64,000 nucleotides of DNA from NCBI GenBank assembly GCA_963836755.1, contig CAWIKF010000001.1, positions 576,001-640,000 of the forward strand, written 5' to 3'. The translations under genes and the position numbers were made by a program. Under the pieces are notes generated by a model. That model saw nothing but the letters and a program-made list of their open reading frames with translations, did no database searches and was not told the DNA's origin. Positions within the stretch are counted from its first letter, which is position 1. The number at the start of each line of letters is the position of its first letter. This document shows, in pieces, positions 29,571 to 40,281 of this stretch. This DNA is from an uncultured Verrucomicrobiae bacterium (GTDB lineage: Bacteria > Verrucomicrobiota > Verrucomicrobiia > Chthoniobacterales > Chthoniobacteraceae).

Positions 29571-30626
29571 ATGGACACGCTCACGATCACCGAACTCCGC
29601 CGCGCAGCAATGGAAGGGCGAATCGAGGCAAAAATTCACGCGCAGATCGAGACGCTGACGCACAAGGAAACCAGCCAGCAAAAACCGTTTTGGGAACTGA
29701 ACCTCGCCGACGCGGAGGCGAAACTGAAGCTGCGCGCGTGGAGCGATTCACCAAATTATAAACAATGCGCGGAGCTCGACACCGGCGGGTTTTTAGAGAT
29801 CAGCGGCGACTTTTCCCACAACCCGAATTTCGGCATCGAGTCGAAACGCTGGACCTGCCGCGCGCTCGATGACGAAGAACGCGCCGCGCTGCTCGGCGGT
29901 CCGCGAGAGCTCCGCGAGCGGCAGGCGCGCGATTTTGGGTTCATTTCAAAAACCGCTGCGGCGCTCGCCGAGCCGCGTCTGCAGGCGCTTTGCGGACTTT
30001 TTCTCGAGCAGCACGGCGAACGATTCCGCCGCACCGCGGCCGCACGCGGGAATCACCACGCCCGCCGCGGCGGCCTGGTCGAGCACGTCGCGCAAATGAT
30101 GCGCGCCGCCAATGCGTTATCGGATGTTTATCCGCAGTTGAACCGCGAACTTTTACTCGCTGGGGTGCTTTTTCACGATTGCGGAAAGCTCTGGGAAAAT
30201 CCGGTCGCGGAAACAGGGTTTAACATGCCTTTTGTGGAAGCCGGCGAACTTTTAGGCCATATCACCATTGGGATCGAGCTCGTCAATTTGCTTTGGCGCA
30301 AACTCGATCTCGAGCAGTGGAGCGAGCTGCGGCCGGCATCGGAAGATGTCCGTCTGCACTTGCTGCACCTCATCGCGGCACATCACGGCGAGCTGCAATT
30401 TGGCTCGCCGGTGCCGCCAAAAACTCCCGAGGCGCAAGCGCTGCACTACATCGATAACCTCGACGCAAAAATGGAAATGTTCGCGCTCGCTTATGCGCGA
30501 CCTGCCACGCTCGGGCCACGGATTTTCGAACGCCTCTGGCCGCTGCCTGGCAACGAAATCGCGCCGCTGCAAAAACTTGGCGCGAGCGCGGATTCCGCGC
30601 GCAGCCAGCCTGCAGCCGGGATTTGA
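29571..30626 (+). CDS. OB-fold plus HD-domain protein (YhaM/CBF1-like exoribonuclease)
   Basis: HHARRGGLVEH, LFHDCGK, LLGHI, AHHG..FGSP, DNLDAK. Confidence 0.8.
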   Translation: MDTLTITELRRAAMEGRIEAKIHAQIETLTHKETSQQKPFWELNLADAEAKLKLRAWSDSPNYKQCAELDTGGFLEISGDFSHNPNFGIESKRWTCRALDDEERAALLGGPRELRERQARDFGFISKTAAALAEPRLQALCGLFLEQHGERFRRTAAARGNHHARRGGLVEHVAQMMRAANALSDVYPQLNRELLLAGVLFHDCGKLWENPVAETGFNMPFVEAGELLGHITIGIELVNLLWRKLDLEQWSELRPASEDVRLHLLHLIAAHHGELQFGSPVPPKTPEAQALHYIDNLDAKMEMFALAYARPATLGPRIFERLWPLPGNEIAPLQKLGASADSARSQPAAGI

Positions 30627-30694
30627 CGCCGAGGCGGCACGCCAAAAAACGTGTTGGTTTCCGGCAAACTTTTGCTACTTTCTCCAGCCCGCAT

Positions 30695-30767
30695 GGTGGC
30701 CGTAGCTCAACGGTAGAGTCCCAGATTGTGATTCTGGTTGTTGCGGGTTCGAATCCCGTCGGCCACC
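30695..30767 (+). tRNA. tRNA-His (GTG)
   Basis: G-1 plus GTGGCCG/CGGCCAC acceptor stem, D arm TAGCTCAACGGTAGAG, anticodon arm CCAGA-TTGTGAT-TCTGG, T loop GGTTCGAATCC; full CCA not encoded. Confidence 0.95.
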
Positions 30768-30774
30768 CACCTGT

Positions 30775-32250
30775 TTAACGATCGTTCAACCACTTTGCGG
30801 CGAGTTCTGTCACGCGGTTTTTCACCGCGTCGTCCATTTTTAAAAGCTCCGGCCACGTCCGGCTGTAACCTTCGCTCGGCAATTTCCGTGTCGCATCAAT
30901 GCCCATGTGCGTGCCGAGCGTCGCGACCGTTTGCGCATGATCGAGCGCGTCGGTCGGATTTTTTACAAAGCACGAATCGCGCTGTGGATCGGTGTTGGCG
31001 CACATCCGGAACAAAACTTCGCTCGTGTTGTGCACGTCGCAATCGTCATCGACGACGATGATATATTTGGAAAACATCATCAGCCCCGCGCCCCAAAGTG
31101 CGTGCATGATTTTGTAAGCCTGCCACGCGTATTGCTTGCGGATGCTGACAAACACAAGGTTGTGGAAGACTCCTTCCGCCGGCAGCGCGATGTCGATGAT
31201 CTCTGGGAAGTTCATTTTGAACACGGGCAGAAAAATCGCGACGGTCGCGCTGCCCATGTAAAAATCTTCCATCGGCGGAATGCCGACGATCGTCGCCGGA
31301 TAAACCGCGTTTTTTCGGTGTGTTAAACAGGTGAGATGGAAGACGGGATATTCATCGACCGGCGTGTAGAAACCGGTGTGATCGCCGAAAGGACCTTCCG
31401 CGCGCATCTCGCCGGGTTGCACGTAACCTTCTAAAACGAAATCGACATCCGCCGGCACCTCGATGTCGTTGGTTTCGCACTTCACCAGCTCGACGGATTT
31501 TTTTCTGCAAAACCCGGCAAACAAGATTTCATCGAGGCCGTCGGGCAATGGCGCGGTCGCGGCGAACGTGTAAGCGGGATCGCCTCCGAGCGTGACGGCG
31601 ACGGGCATGCGCTCGTTTTTTTCGTAGTAAACTTTGCCATGTCGCGCGCCGACTTTGTGGACCTGCCAATGCATGCCGGTTGTTTTCCCATCGTAAACTT
31701 GCATGCGATACATGCCGACGTTGCGCTCGCCGCTTTGCGGATCGCGCGTGTGAACGCACGGCAGCGTGATGAAACGTCCGCCGTCGCGCGGCCAGCATTT
31801 GAGGATCGGCAAATCATCGAGCGTCGTTTCTCCCGGTGAAAATTTCTGCACGACTTCCTTGCATGCACCGTCCTTGATGTGCTTCGGGCGCGCATGCAGG
31901 AGGTCGATTCCTTGTCTAACAAGTGACCACGCCTCGCGAAGTCCGGACGGCGGTTTCGCTTTCAAAATCAGCTGCATTTGCTGCGCAAGTTCGTCGATCG
32001 AATCGAGCCCGAGCGCAGTGGCCATGCGGCTTCGGGAGCCCATTGTGTTGACTGCCACCGGAAACTTTGACGAGCGTCCGTCGATCGTTGGCTGTTCAAA
32101 GAGCAGAGCCTTGCCGCCGCCGGGCGACTTCATTTCCCGATCTGCAAACTCCGTGATTTCGAGTTCAGTCGCGACGGGAAATGAGATGCGGCGGAGCTCG
32201 CCGGCCTTTTCCAGAACGGCGAGGAATTGCGAAAATGAGCCGTAAGCCAT
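30775..32250 (-). CDS. UbiD-family decarboxylase (menaquinone pathway type)
   Basis: WPRDGGRFITL, NVGMYRMQ, EGPFGDHTGFY, GIDATRK. Confidence 0.88.
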   Translation of the reverse strand: MAYGSFSQFLAVLEKAGELRRISFPVATELEITEFADREMKSPGGGKALLFEQPTIDGRSSKFPVAVNTMGSRSRMATALGLDSIDELAQQMQLILKAKPPSGLREAWSLVRQGIDLLHARPKHIKDGACKEVVQKFSPGETTLDDLPILKCWPRDGGRFITLPCVHTRDPQSGERNVGMYRMQVYDGKTTGMHWQVHKVGARHGKVYYEKNERMPVAVTLGGDPAYTFAATAPLPDGLDEILFAGFCRKKSVELVKCETNDIEVPADVDFVLEGYVQPGEMRAEGPFGDHTGFYTPVDEYPVFHLTCLTHRKNAVYPATIVGIPPMEDFYMGSATVAIFLPVFKMNFPEIIDIALPAEGVFHNLVFVSIRKQYAWQAYKIMHALWGAGLMMFSKYIIVVDDDCDVHNTSEVLFRMCANTDPQRDSCFVKNPTDALDHAQTVATLGTHMGIDATRKLPSEGYSRTWPELLKMDDAVKNRVTELAAKWLNDR

Positions 32251-32298
32251 CGGGTGCTGGAGATTATCGGGGGCTGTGGCGCGCTGCAAATCGCATCA

Positions 32299-33222
32299 TC
32301 AAAATCGGCCGCGCACCAGCCAGACAACGAATGGAACGAAGAGCATTCCCTCCGCAAACCATTCGTAAAAAATCTCCGAGCGCGGGCGGCGCAACGCGAT
32401 GAGTAGCGCGGCGAGATAAGCGCCGGCAGCGAGCACGAGCACCGGCCAGAAGCCCGCGAAGGCAGGCGCCATCAGGGCTGCGACGAAAATCCACAATACG
32501 ATCCGCGTGCGGCGCGGTCCGAGCGCAACCGGCAAGCTGCGCGTGCCAAAGCGGCGGTCGCCGTCGTGATCGCGCAGGTCGCACAACATCATGTTAAACA
32601 TCAGAAAAAGCCACGTCCACGCCATGGCTGGAGCTTCATTCATTTTCAATTCGTGGTCGCAAAATGGCGGCACGAAATACGCGAGCGTCACGATTGTCGG
32701 CGCGAAAAAAGTTTTCACCAGCGGCACGTCTTTGCAGCGAAAACCGAAAAGCGGAAACGAGTAGCTGAGCGAAATCACACCCGCGCCGATCGCGAGCGCG
32801 AGCAGGCGCCAGTCGCGTGCAAACAGCGGAAGAAGGATGAGAATTGCTGCGGAACAAAGTGCGAGCGCGACGCTGGTTTTGCGAAGTCGCGAATGGCGCG
32901 CGAGCCGCCGCGGCGTGTTCAACGCGTCCGCCGGGTCGTGCTTGAGCCTGTCAAAATTATAAACCAAAACCGCGCCGACGAACCAGAGCGGAGCGTAGCG
33001 CGTGGCGTCAAAATCGAGGACCCGGCCGAGCGCGCAGCCGAAGGCGGCAATGCCGGCCGCGCCGTAAAGATGGAGCGTGTGCAACGCGGCGACGATCTGG
33101 CGCAGCGGGGTCGAAGGCGACGACTCGTGCGATGAACTTCGCCGGTGCGCCGATGTTTCCCTTGACCTTGCCGCGAACCTTTCCCTAGAAACTATGGTTT
33201 TCGATGAAGCTGGCGGCATCAT
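32299..33222 (-). CDS. UbiA-family prenyltransferase
   Basis: YNFDRL and DLRDHDGDRRFGTRSLPV Asp-rich motifs, multiple TM helices; start uncertain. Confidence 0.7.
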   Translation of the reverse strand: MMPPASSKTIVSRERFAARSRETSAHRRSSSHESSPSTPLRQIVAALHTLHLYGAAGIAAFGCALGRVLDFDATRYAPLWFVGAVLVYNFDRLKHDPADALNTPRRLARHSRLRKTSVALALCSAAILILLPLFARDWRLLALAIGAGVISLSYSFPLFGFRCKDVPLVKTFFAPTIVTLAYFVPPFCDHELKMNEAPAMAWTWLFLMFNMMLCDLRDHDGDRRFGTRSLPVALGPRRTRIVLWIFVAALMAPAFAGFWPVLVLAAGAYLAALLIALRRPRSEIFYEWFAEGMLFVPFVVWLVRGRF

Positions 33223-33335
33223 TTATTTGAAGGGCGCAGTTTGCGCAGGCACAGCCCGACGCGATATCTTTTTCGATAATCCACCAATAACTCATCCACT
33301 TCACTTTTTACCATTTAACGACGAGGTTTTTCTGA

Positions 33336-34373
33336 ATGCTTAACGGACTTTTCGGCTTGTTTTCCAACGATATCGGGATCGATTTGGGAACTGCCAACAC
33401 GCTGGTTTATGTCAAGGATCACGGCATTGTTTTGCGCGAGCCGTCGGTCGTGGCGGTGCAGGCCGGCACAAACAAAGTGTTGTCAGTTGGCGACGAAGCG
33501 AAACGGATGCTCGGCCGCACGCCGGGCAACATTGTCGCGATTCGGCCGCTGAAAGATGGCGTCATCGCGGACTTTGAAATCACGGAAGCGATGCTGCGGC
33601 ATTTCATCGCGAAGGTGCACAATCGGCGCAAAATGGTGCGTCCGCGCGTGGTCATCGCGGTGCCGAGCGGCATTACCGAAGTCGAAAAACGCGCGGTGAA
33701 AGACAGCGCGACGCGGGCTGGTGCGCGCGAGGTTTATTTGATCGAAGAACCAATGGCAGCGGCCATCGGCGTCGGATTGCCGGTGCAGGACGCAGCGGGA
33801 AATATGATCATCGACATTGGCGGCGGGACGACGGAAGTCGCGCTGATTTCGCTCTCGGGAATTGTCTTTTCGCGCAGCATCCGCGTGGCTGGCGATGAGC
33901 TCGACGAGGCGATCATGAATTACATGAAGCGCGCTTACAATTTGATGATCGGCGAGCGGACGGCGGAAGATATCAAAATCAAAATCGGCTCGGCGTATCC
34001 GATCGAAAAAGAGACGACGATGGAAGTGAAAGGCCGCGATCTAGTCGCGGGCCTGCCGAAAACTTTGACCATCACTTCGCAGGAAGTGCGCGAGGCTTTG
34101 CTCGAGCCGATCAGCCAAATTACGGAATCTGTGCGCGTGACGCTCGAGCGTTGCCCGCCGGAATTGAGCGCGGATCTGGTCGATCGCGGGCTGGTGCTCG
34201 CGGGCGGCGGTGCGCTGCTGCGCGGGCTCGACCGACTTTTGACGGAAGAGACGGGGCTGCCGGTGCACGTGGCCGAGGACCCGCTGAGTGCGGTCGCCGA
34301 AGGGACGGGTCGCGCGCTGAATGAACTGAAATTTCTGCGTCAGGTGGCAACGGCCGACCGGCAGTGGCACTAA
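33336..34373 (+). CDS. mreB: Rod shape-determining protein MreB
   Basis: [26 protein letters not shown]. Confidence 0.97.
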   Translation: MLNGLFGLFSNDIGIDLGTANTLVYVKDHGIVLREPSVVAVQAGTNKVLSVGDEAKRMLGRTPGNIVAIRPLKDGVIADFEITEAMLRHFIAKVHNRRKMVRPRVVIAVPSGITEVEKRAVKDSATRAGAREVYLIEEPMAAAIGVGLPVQDAAGNMIIDIGGGTTEVALISLSGIVFSRSIRVAGDELDEAIMNYMKRAYNLMIGERTAEDIKIKIGSAYPIEKETTMEVKGRDLVAGLPKTLTITSQEVREALLEPISQITESVRVTLERCPPELSADLVDRGLVLAGGGALLRGLDRLLTEETGLPVHVAEDPLSAVAEGTGRALNELKFLRQVATADRQWH

Positions 34374-34458
34374 CTTTTTTCCGCAATGTCGAACCTTGAT
34401 CGAAAGCAGGTGTCTGACTCTCCTGAATCGATTTTGAGCGCAGACATTCTGCACCCCA

Positions 34459-35262
34459 GTGCGACACGTTAATCTCCTTGCTTTCGTCCTGTTGCTCCTC
34501 GCGGTCGCGGGATTGTTCGCGCTGAATCCGCGCAATACGCAACGCGTGCAAGCGGCGTTTCTCGGCACGATCGCGCCATTTTTAAAGACCGGATCGAGCT
34601 TGCAGACAAAGATCACTGCGATTCGGGAAGGGCTGAAAACATTGCCGCAACTCGAGCAGGAAAACGATCAGCTCAAGGTCGAGAACAAAAATTTGCAGGC
34701 AACGAATCAGATGCTGCGCGGCTACGAGGTCGAGAATAACAAGCTGCGGCACGCGCTGGAATATCGCGAGCACTCGGCGTTCAAGCTCGTGCCGGCGCGC
34801 ATCATCGCGCGCGACGCTACGACCTGGTGGAACACGGTGAAGGTCGACAAGGGTTCGGCGGACGGCGTGCAACCGGACATGCCGGTGCTGACCGAAGATG
34901 GGCTCGTCGGCAAAACCACCGTTATCTCCGAGCATGCCGCGTCGATTCTATTGATCGCGGATGAAAATTGCAAAGTGGCCGCGGCCGTGGAGGGTTCGCG
35001 CGAGCAGGGGATCGTGAAAGGCGAGCGCACGTCGACGAACTCGCTGCCGGAGATCAGCCTGAACTTTCTTTCCAAGACCGCAAACCTGAAGCCGGGGCAA
35101 AAAGTTTACAGCTCTGGCGTCGGCGGTGTTTATCCATCGGGGGTGCTCGTCGGCGTGATCAAACAATTCGAGGTGCGCGCGCTCGATGGCCACGCGACGC
35201 TCGTGCCGGCCGTGGATCTCACCACGCTCGAGGACGTGTTCATCGTGACCGGACGGAAATGA
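34459..35262 (+). CDS. mreC: Rod shape-determining protein MreC
   Basis: N-terminal TM plus coiled coil, DKGSADGV, GLVGK, SGVGGVYPSG; operon position. Confidence 0.92.
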   Translation: MRHVNLLAFVLLLLAVAGLFALNPRNTQRVQAAFLGTIAPFLKTGSSLQTKITAIREGLKTLPQLEQENDQLKVENKNLQATNQMLRGYEVENNKLRHALEYREHSAFKLVPARIIARDATTWWNTVKVDKGSADGVQPDMPVLTEDGLVGKTTVISEHAASILLIADENCKVAAAVEGSREQGIVKGERTSTNSLPEISLNFLSKTANLKPGQKVYSSGVGGVYPSGVLVGVIKQFEVRALDGHATLVPAVDLTTLEDVFIVTGRK

Positions 35263-35804
35263 TCTTCTTTTTTTTCCTGCTGGTGGCGTTGTTTTTTTCG
35301 CTCATCACGCAGCAATTCATCCCGCCGCTGCCGTGGCTGCACGAGGCGCGCGTGCTGCTGATGCCGGTCGTTTTTTTCTACGGCGCGCTGGCGACGCCGG
35401 CGTGGGCGACGATGGCGCTGGCCTTCGTGAGCGGCTTCATGTGGGACGCGCTCAATGCGCAAGTGCTCGAGACGAGCGTTGAAATTTCGCTTGGCTGGTC
35501 GATAATCCTCTACGCAGCACTCGGCGCGATCATGAGCGGTTTTCGCCCTTTATATCAACGCGGTCACGGCTGGGAAATCCATTGCCTGATGTGCGGCCCG
35601 CTGGTCGCGCTGATGGTGCTCGCTGAATATCTGATGATTACTTTTCGACGCGGCGATTTTGTTTTTACGAAAATCGTCTGGTGGCGCGTTGGCGGCGCGG
35701 GCCTCATCGCGATGATGATCGCGCCGCTGGTTTTTGGGATGCTGCAATCGTTCGCGCTGACGTTTGGCTGGATCGCGCCGCCGCGCAGAAAGGTGGTGCA
35801 GTAA
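35259..35804 (+). CDS. mreD: Probable MreD membrane protein
   Basis: Hydrophobic 181-aa ORF between mreC and mrdA, ATGA overlap, GFMWD motif. Confidence 0.7.
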   Translation: MIFFFFLLVALFFSLITQQFIPPLPWLHEARVLLMPVVFFYGALATPAWATMALAFVSGFMWDALNAQVLETSVEISLGWSIILYAALGAIMSGFRPLYQRGHGWEIHCLMCGPLVALMVLAEYLMITFRRGDFVFTKIVWWRVGGAGLIAMMIAPLVFGMLQSFALTFGWIAPPRRKVVQ

Positions 35805-38135
35805 ATGCCGCCGCGCCGACGTCAGCGGGCGCCGCGCATTGAATTGCGCGTGACCATTCTCGGATTCCTGATTTTGTGCGCGCTCGGCGTCATCATCACG
35901 CGGCTTTGGTGGGTGCAGGTTGCGCGCGGCGCTATTTATACCGCGCGGATCGCGGGGCGGTCGCAGGTCACGGTGCGCATCCCTTCGGTGCGCGGCGAGA
36001 TTCGCGATCGCAACGGCATCCCGCTTGTGACGAATCGCGCGAGCTATGAAGTTGATTTTTATTTGCCGGACATGGTGCGTGGCTTCAGGCAGCGCGCGCG
36101 TGAGCAGGGCCAGCCTATCCCGCAGATTCGTTACCAGGCGCCGGTGAAAGGAATGCTCACGAACAAAACTGAGCCGGACATTGTGAAAATCGTGAACACC
36201 GCCGTGGTGCCGCGCCTCGAGGATCTCGACCTCGCGAAGGATTACAATGCGAAGAAGCTGAAGACGCATTACCGCAACGACACCGAGGTGCCGTTCACCT
36301 ATCTCGAGGACATCGACTTCTCGACCATCGCGAAATTTTCCGAGCATGATGTCGGCCTGCCCGGCGTCGATATTTCCATTCGACCGGTGCGCCAATATCT
36401 CTACGGCGCACTCGCATCGCACTTGCTCGGCTACGTCGGTCTGCCAAACCAGATCGACGAGGAGCCGGACGTGCACGATTACAATTTCTACCAGCCCGAC
36501 TTCGAGGGGAAATCGCAGATCGAGCTGAGCATGGACAAATATCTGCGCGGCAAGCCGGGCGTCCGCGTCATGCAGCGCAACGTCAAGGGCGTGATCGAGG
36601 GCGAGGTGCGCACGCAGCCCGCGCAACCTGGCGACAATGTTTACCTCACGCTCGACGCGCGCATCCAGACGATCGCCGAGCAGGCGCTCCGCCAGCCGTT
36701 GCTCGGCCGCGCAGCAGCGGTCGTCGTTGATCCAAACAACGGCGACATCCTCGCCATGGCATCGATCCCGGACTTTGACCCGAATGTTTTCATCCCGAGT
36801 GTCTCACCAAAAGCGTGGGCCGCGCTTAACGACGATCCCGCCGTGCCGCTCGTCAACCGCGCCGTCAGCGGATTCCCGCCGGGCTCGACTTTTAAAATCG
36901 TCACCGCGCTCGCGGGGCTGACGAAGCACCTCGGCAACACGCATTTCAATTGCTCCGGCGGCGTGCAATACGGCGACCATTTCTTCCACTGCTGGATCGC
37001 GGAAAAAGGCGGCGCGCACGGGACGCTCGGCGTCGCGGATGCCCTCAAAGTTTCGTGCGACGCATTCTTTTACCAATACGGAAACGCGGCCGGCATCGAG
37101 GCCATCGACCACATCGGCCAGATCCTCGGGATGGGACAAAAATACGACATCGGATTGTCCGATGAAAAAGAGGGCTGCATGCCCGGCCCCGAATGGATGA
37201 AGGTCAAGTATCCGCGCGAGAAATGGTCCAACGCCTATACCGCGAACGTCTCCATCGGCCAGGGCTACGTCCTCGCGAGCCCGCTTCAAATGGCGATGGC
37301 CTACGCGACCGTCGCGAATGGCGGCGTCGCATACACGCCGCGGCTTGTTAAAACAGTGCTAACACCCGATGGAAAGCCCGCGCTCGATGATGACGGCCAC
37401 GTCGCCGTTCCCGACCAGGCGAAAATCCGCGAAGACCTGCGCACCGAACTTTCTGCAGCCGACATCGAACTCGTTCGTCACGGCCTCTGGGAAGTGGTCA
37501 ATGAAAAGGGCGGCCCCGGCGGCGGCGGCACCGGCGCGAAAGGCCAGCTCAAAGGCGTGGTCGTCGCGGCGAAGACCGGCACCGCGCAGGCGACCGAGCA
37601 TGGAAAAAAAGAGCACATCGCATGGTTTTGCTGCTTTGCACCGTATGACCATCCGAAATACGTTGTTGTCGCCATGGTGCAAGGCGGCGAACATGGCGGC
37701 AGCGTCGCTGGCCCGATCGCCGCGCATATTCTCGATCAATGTCTCGCCATGGATAAAGGCACTTACAACGTTCCGCTCGCGGTCCTCACGCCGCAGCACA
37801 ACGATCATCCCTTCCAGATGATCTCGTTGATTCCCGACTACAAAGAGAACCCGTCGCTCCAGGGAGGCACCGACGAGGAATCGGCGGATACGCAGACGCC
37901 GGCGGAAGCGCCGCAGATGGGCCGCAGCAAAGCATCGCCCGACATTCGCGAGGAAGCCGACGCGCAGGGGAAAGTGATCCCGCGCGCGCAACGCGTGAAA
38001 AAAGCGACTGCCGCCGATGCGCCCACTCCCGCGCCGGATCGGCGCAACGTTTTCGAAAAATTTTTCCATCCAAACAGAACTGCCCCGGCGCAGCAGCCTT
38101 CACCGGCCCAGCATCGCCCCCACTGGCCGTTCTAG
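35805..38135 (+). CDS. mrdA: Penicillin-binding protein 2
   Basis: RGEIRDRNG, STFK (SxxK), SCD, KTGT. Confidence 0.92.
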   Translation: MPPRRRQRAPRIELRVTILGFLILCALGVIITRLWWVQVARGAIYTARIAGRSQVTVRIPSVRGEIRDRNGIPLVTNRASYEVDFYLPDMVRGFRQRAREQGQPIPQIRYQAPVKGMLTNKTEPDIVKIVNTAVVPRLEDLDLAKDYNAKKLKTHYRNDTEVPFTYLEDIDFSTIAKFSEHDVGLPGVDISIRPVRQYLYGALASHLLGYVGLPNQIDEEPDVHDYNFYQPDFEGKSQIELSMDKYLRGKPGVRVMQRNVKGVIEGEVRTQPAQPGDNVYLTLDARIQTIAEQALRQPLLGRAAAVVVDPNNGDILAMASIPDFDPNVFIPSVSPKAWAALNDDPAVPLVNRAVSGFPPGSTFKIVTALAGLTKHLGNTHFNCSGGVQYGDHFFHCWIAEKGGAHGTLGVADALKVSCDAFFYQYGNAAGIEAIDHIGQILGMGQKYDIGLSDEKEGCMPGPEWMKVKYPREKWSNAYTANVSIGQGYVLASPLQMAMAYATVANGGVAYTPRLVKTVLTPDGKPALDDDGHVAVPDQAKIREDLRTELSAADIELVRHGLWEVVNEKGGPGGGGTGAKGQLKGVVVAAKTGTAQATEHGKKEHIAWFCCFAPYDHPKYVVVAMVQGGEHGGSVAGPIAAHILDQCLAMDKGTYNVPLAVLTPQHNDHPFQMISLIPDYKENPSLQGGTDEESADTQTPAEAPQMGRSKASPDIREEADAQGKVIPRAQRVKKATAADAPTPAPDRRNVFEKFFHPNRTAPAQQPSPAQHRPHWPF

Positions 38136-38171
38136 GTGGAAACCAACCAATAACCATGAGGACTCAATTTC

Positions 38172-39743
38172 ATGATCGAACAAGTCAAACGGATTCTCGG
38201 ACTGACCAAGCAGACCGGCATTAAGCTCGTCATCAACAGTGAAAAACTCGAACGCCGTGTCGCCCTTCTCGAAAACGGACAGCTAGAGGAATACAACGTC
38301 GAGCGCGAAAGCGATCGCAACATCGTCGGCAGCATTTTCAAGGGCCGCGTCAAAAACATCGAGCACGGCCTCAAGGCAATGTTCGTCGACATCGGCTTCG
38401 AGAAAAACGCCTTTCTGCATTTCTGGGACGCGCTTCCGGCCGCGCTCGATAGCGGCATCGAGCAGGTCGATCGCCCCGGCGGCAAAAAGAAAAGCACACG
38501 CATCTCCTCCGCCGACATCCCGAAGATTTACCCCGTCGGTTCCGAGGTGCTCGTGCAGGTGACCAAAGGCCCCATCAGCACCAAAGGCCCGCGCATCACC
38601 ACGAACATTTCCCTGCCCGGGCGTTACCTCGTCCTCATGCCTTTCAGCGACCAGAGCGGCATCTCGCGAAAGATCGAATCGCCAAAAGAACGCGAGCGCC
38701 TTCGCAAAATCCTGCAGGAACTCAAAGTCCCCGAGGGCATGGGCGTCATCGTCCGCACCGTCGGCGAGGGCCAGCGCGCCCGCTACTTTGTCCGCGATAT
38801 CGGCCTTCTGCTCGAGCAATGGCACGCCATCGAGGAGCAGATGAAAACCCAGCCCGCCCCCGCGTGCGTCTTCCGCGAGCCCGACCTCATCGAGCGCACC
38901 GTCCGCGACTTTTTGACCGACGAAATCGACGCCGTCTTCTGCGATGACGAAGCAGCCGTCAAGCGCATGCAGGACCTCGTCGGCCAAATCTCCCGCCGCT
39001 CCCGCAGCCGCATCCAATTCTACGCCGAGCACCAGCCGATCTTTGAAAAGTTCAACGTCCAGAAACAAATCGACGACGCCTTTCATCGCCAGGTCTGGCT
39101 GAAATGCGGCGGCTACATCGTCATCGATGAAACCGAGGCCCTCATCGCCATCGACGTCAACACCGGCCGCAACAAAGGCGGCAAAGAAGTCGAGAAAACC
39201 ATCTTCCAGACCAACATGGAAGCCGCCGAGGAAATCGCCCGCCAGCTCCGCCTGCGGAACATCGGCGGCCTCATCATCGGCGACTTCATCGACATGAAAA
39301 ACCGGCGCGACCAGCAGGCCGTCTTCCAGCGCATGAAAGAGCGCCTCCGCCGCGACAAAGCCAAGACCCACGTCCTCCCCATCTCGCCCCTCGGCCTCAT
39401 GGAAATGACCCGCCAGCGCGCCCACGAAAGCCTCAGCGGCACCGTCTACGAGCCATGCCCCAATTGCCACGGGCGCGGCCGCGTCAAAACCGCCATGACA
39501 ATGAGCGTCGAGCTCCAGCGCGCGCTCCACTCCATCATGCGCAAACATCAGGACACCATCCACGACATCCGCGTCATCGTGAACCCGGCCGTCCTCCAGC
39601 GCCTCCGCGAGCAGGACGAGGAACTGCTGATCAATATCGAGCGCAAATACGAGGGCCGGCTGACATTCCGAGCCGACCCCACGTATCATCTCGAGCAATT
39701 CATGGTCACCGACGCCAACAGCGGCCTCGAGTTGAAATCCTGA
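38172..39743 (+). CDS. Ribonuclease E/G family protein
   Basis: S1 domain GSIFKGRV, TEALIAIDVNTG, RLRNIGGLI, CxxC..G. Confidence 0.93.
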   Translation: MIEQVKRILGLTKQTGIKLVINSEKLERRVALLENGQLEEYNVERESDRNIVGSIFKGRVKNIEHGLKAMFVDIGFEKNAFLHFWDALPAALDSGIEQVDRPGGKKKSTRISSADIPKIYPVGSEVLVQVTKGPISTKGPRITTNISLPGRYLVLMPFSDQSGISRKIESPKERERLRKILQELKVPEGMGVIVRTVGEGQRARYFVRDIGLLLEQWHAIEEQMKTQPAPACVFREPDLIERTVRDFLTDEIDAVFCDDEAAVKRMQDLVGQISRRSRSRIQFYAEHQPIFEKFNVQKQIDDAFHRQVWLKCGGYIVIDETEALIAIDVNTGRNKGGKEVEKTIFQTNMEAAEEIARQLRLRNIGGLIIGDFIDMKNRRDQQAVFQRMKERLRRDKAKTHVLPISPLGLMEMTRQRAHESLSGTVYEPCPNCHGRGRVKTAMTMSVELQRALHSIMRKHQDTIHDIRVIVNPAVLQRLREQDEELLINIERKYEGRLTFRADPTYHLEQFMVTDANSGLELKS

Positions 39744-39767
39744 CCCATCTGCGGCCGGGCAAAGTCG

Positions 39768-39862
39768 GCCACGGATGCACACGGGTGAAACACAGATACG
39801 GATTCCCATGCGGCCGTCCGTGGTTTCTCCACATCCGTGTTTCATCCGTTCACATCCGTGGC
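39768..39862. repeat. Palindromic element with 30-nt inverted arms
   Basis: Left arm GCCACGGATGCACACGGGTGAAACACAGAT (39768-39797) vs right arm ATCCGTGTTTCATCCGTTCACATCCGTGGC (39833-39862); related arm at about 40310-40330. Confidence 0.75.
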
Positions 39863-40143
39863 TGAAAACTCGGCGTCCCAACGAGAAAACCCGACGTCCG
39901 GTGGAGAAAACTCCACGTCCGATGGAGAAAAGCTGAGGTCCCGCGGGGAATTTCTCACGTCCCGTTGAGAAACTTCACGTCCCGGGGAGAATTTCCCACG
40001 TCCGATGCAGAAGTTTTCACGTCCCGGGGAGAATTTCCCACGTCCGGTGGTGAAGTTTTCACATCCCGAGGAGAAGTTCTGACGTCCCGTGTAGAAGTTT
40101 TCACATCCCGAAGCCATTTCCTCACGTCCCGCCGTCGAAAACG
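39851..40143. repeat. Degenerate 21-nt-period tandem array (about 14 units)
   Basis: Core (C/G)AC(G/A)TCC recurs every 21 nt (one 20-nt unit), usually with GAA at offset 14-16 and variable segments between. Confidence 0.9.
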
Positions 40144-40175
40144 GATGATTTGAGACAAATCTCTCGCGAAATCAC

Positions 40176-40281
40176 CGGGAGCGCACGCTTCCAACGTGCA
40201 GTCGCTGGCATCCTGCCGGCGACATCCGCGAAGGATTCGGCAAGGATGCCGAACCCGGCACGCTGGAAGCGCGCGCTCCCG
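40176..40281. repeat. REP-like palindromic element
   Basis: GGGAGCGCACGCTTCCAACGTGC ... GGCATCCTGCC ... GGCAAGGATGCC ... GCACGCTGGAAGCGCGCGCTCCC nested inverted repeats. Confidence 0.8.

Noticed and set aside
30695..30800. tRNA-His as an integration site
   Set aside because: No integrase or duplicated tRNA 3' end seen; a housekeeping-type gene ends 7 nt away
38283..39881. 532-aa minus-strand ORF
   Set aside because: Antisense shadow of the RNase E/G gene, typical of high-GC DNA
39851..40143. CRISPR or canonical TIGR array
   Set aside because: The 21-nt period and 5-6-nt variable segments fit neither; no Cas or Nop-domain gene is recognisable nearby
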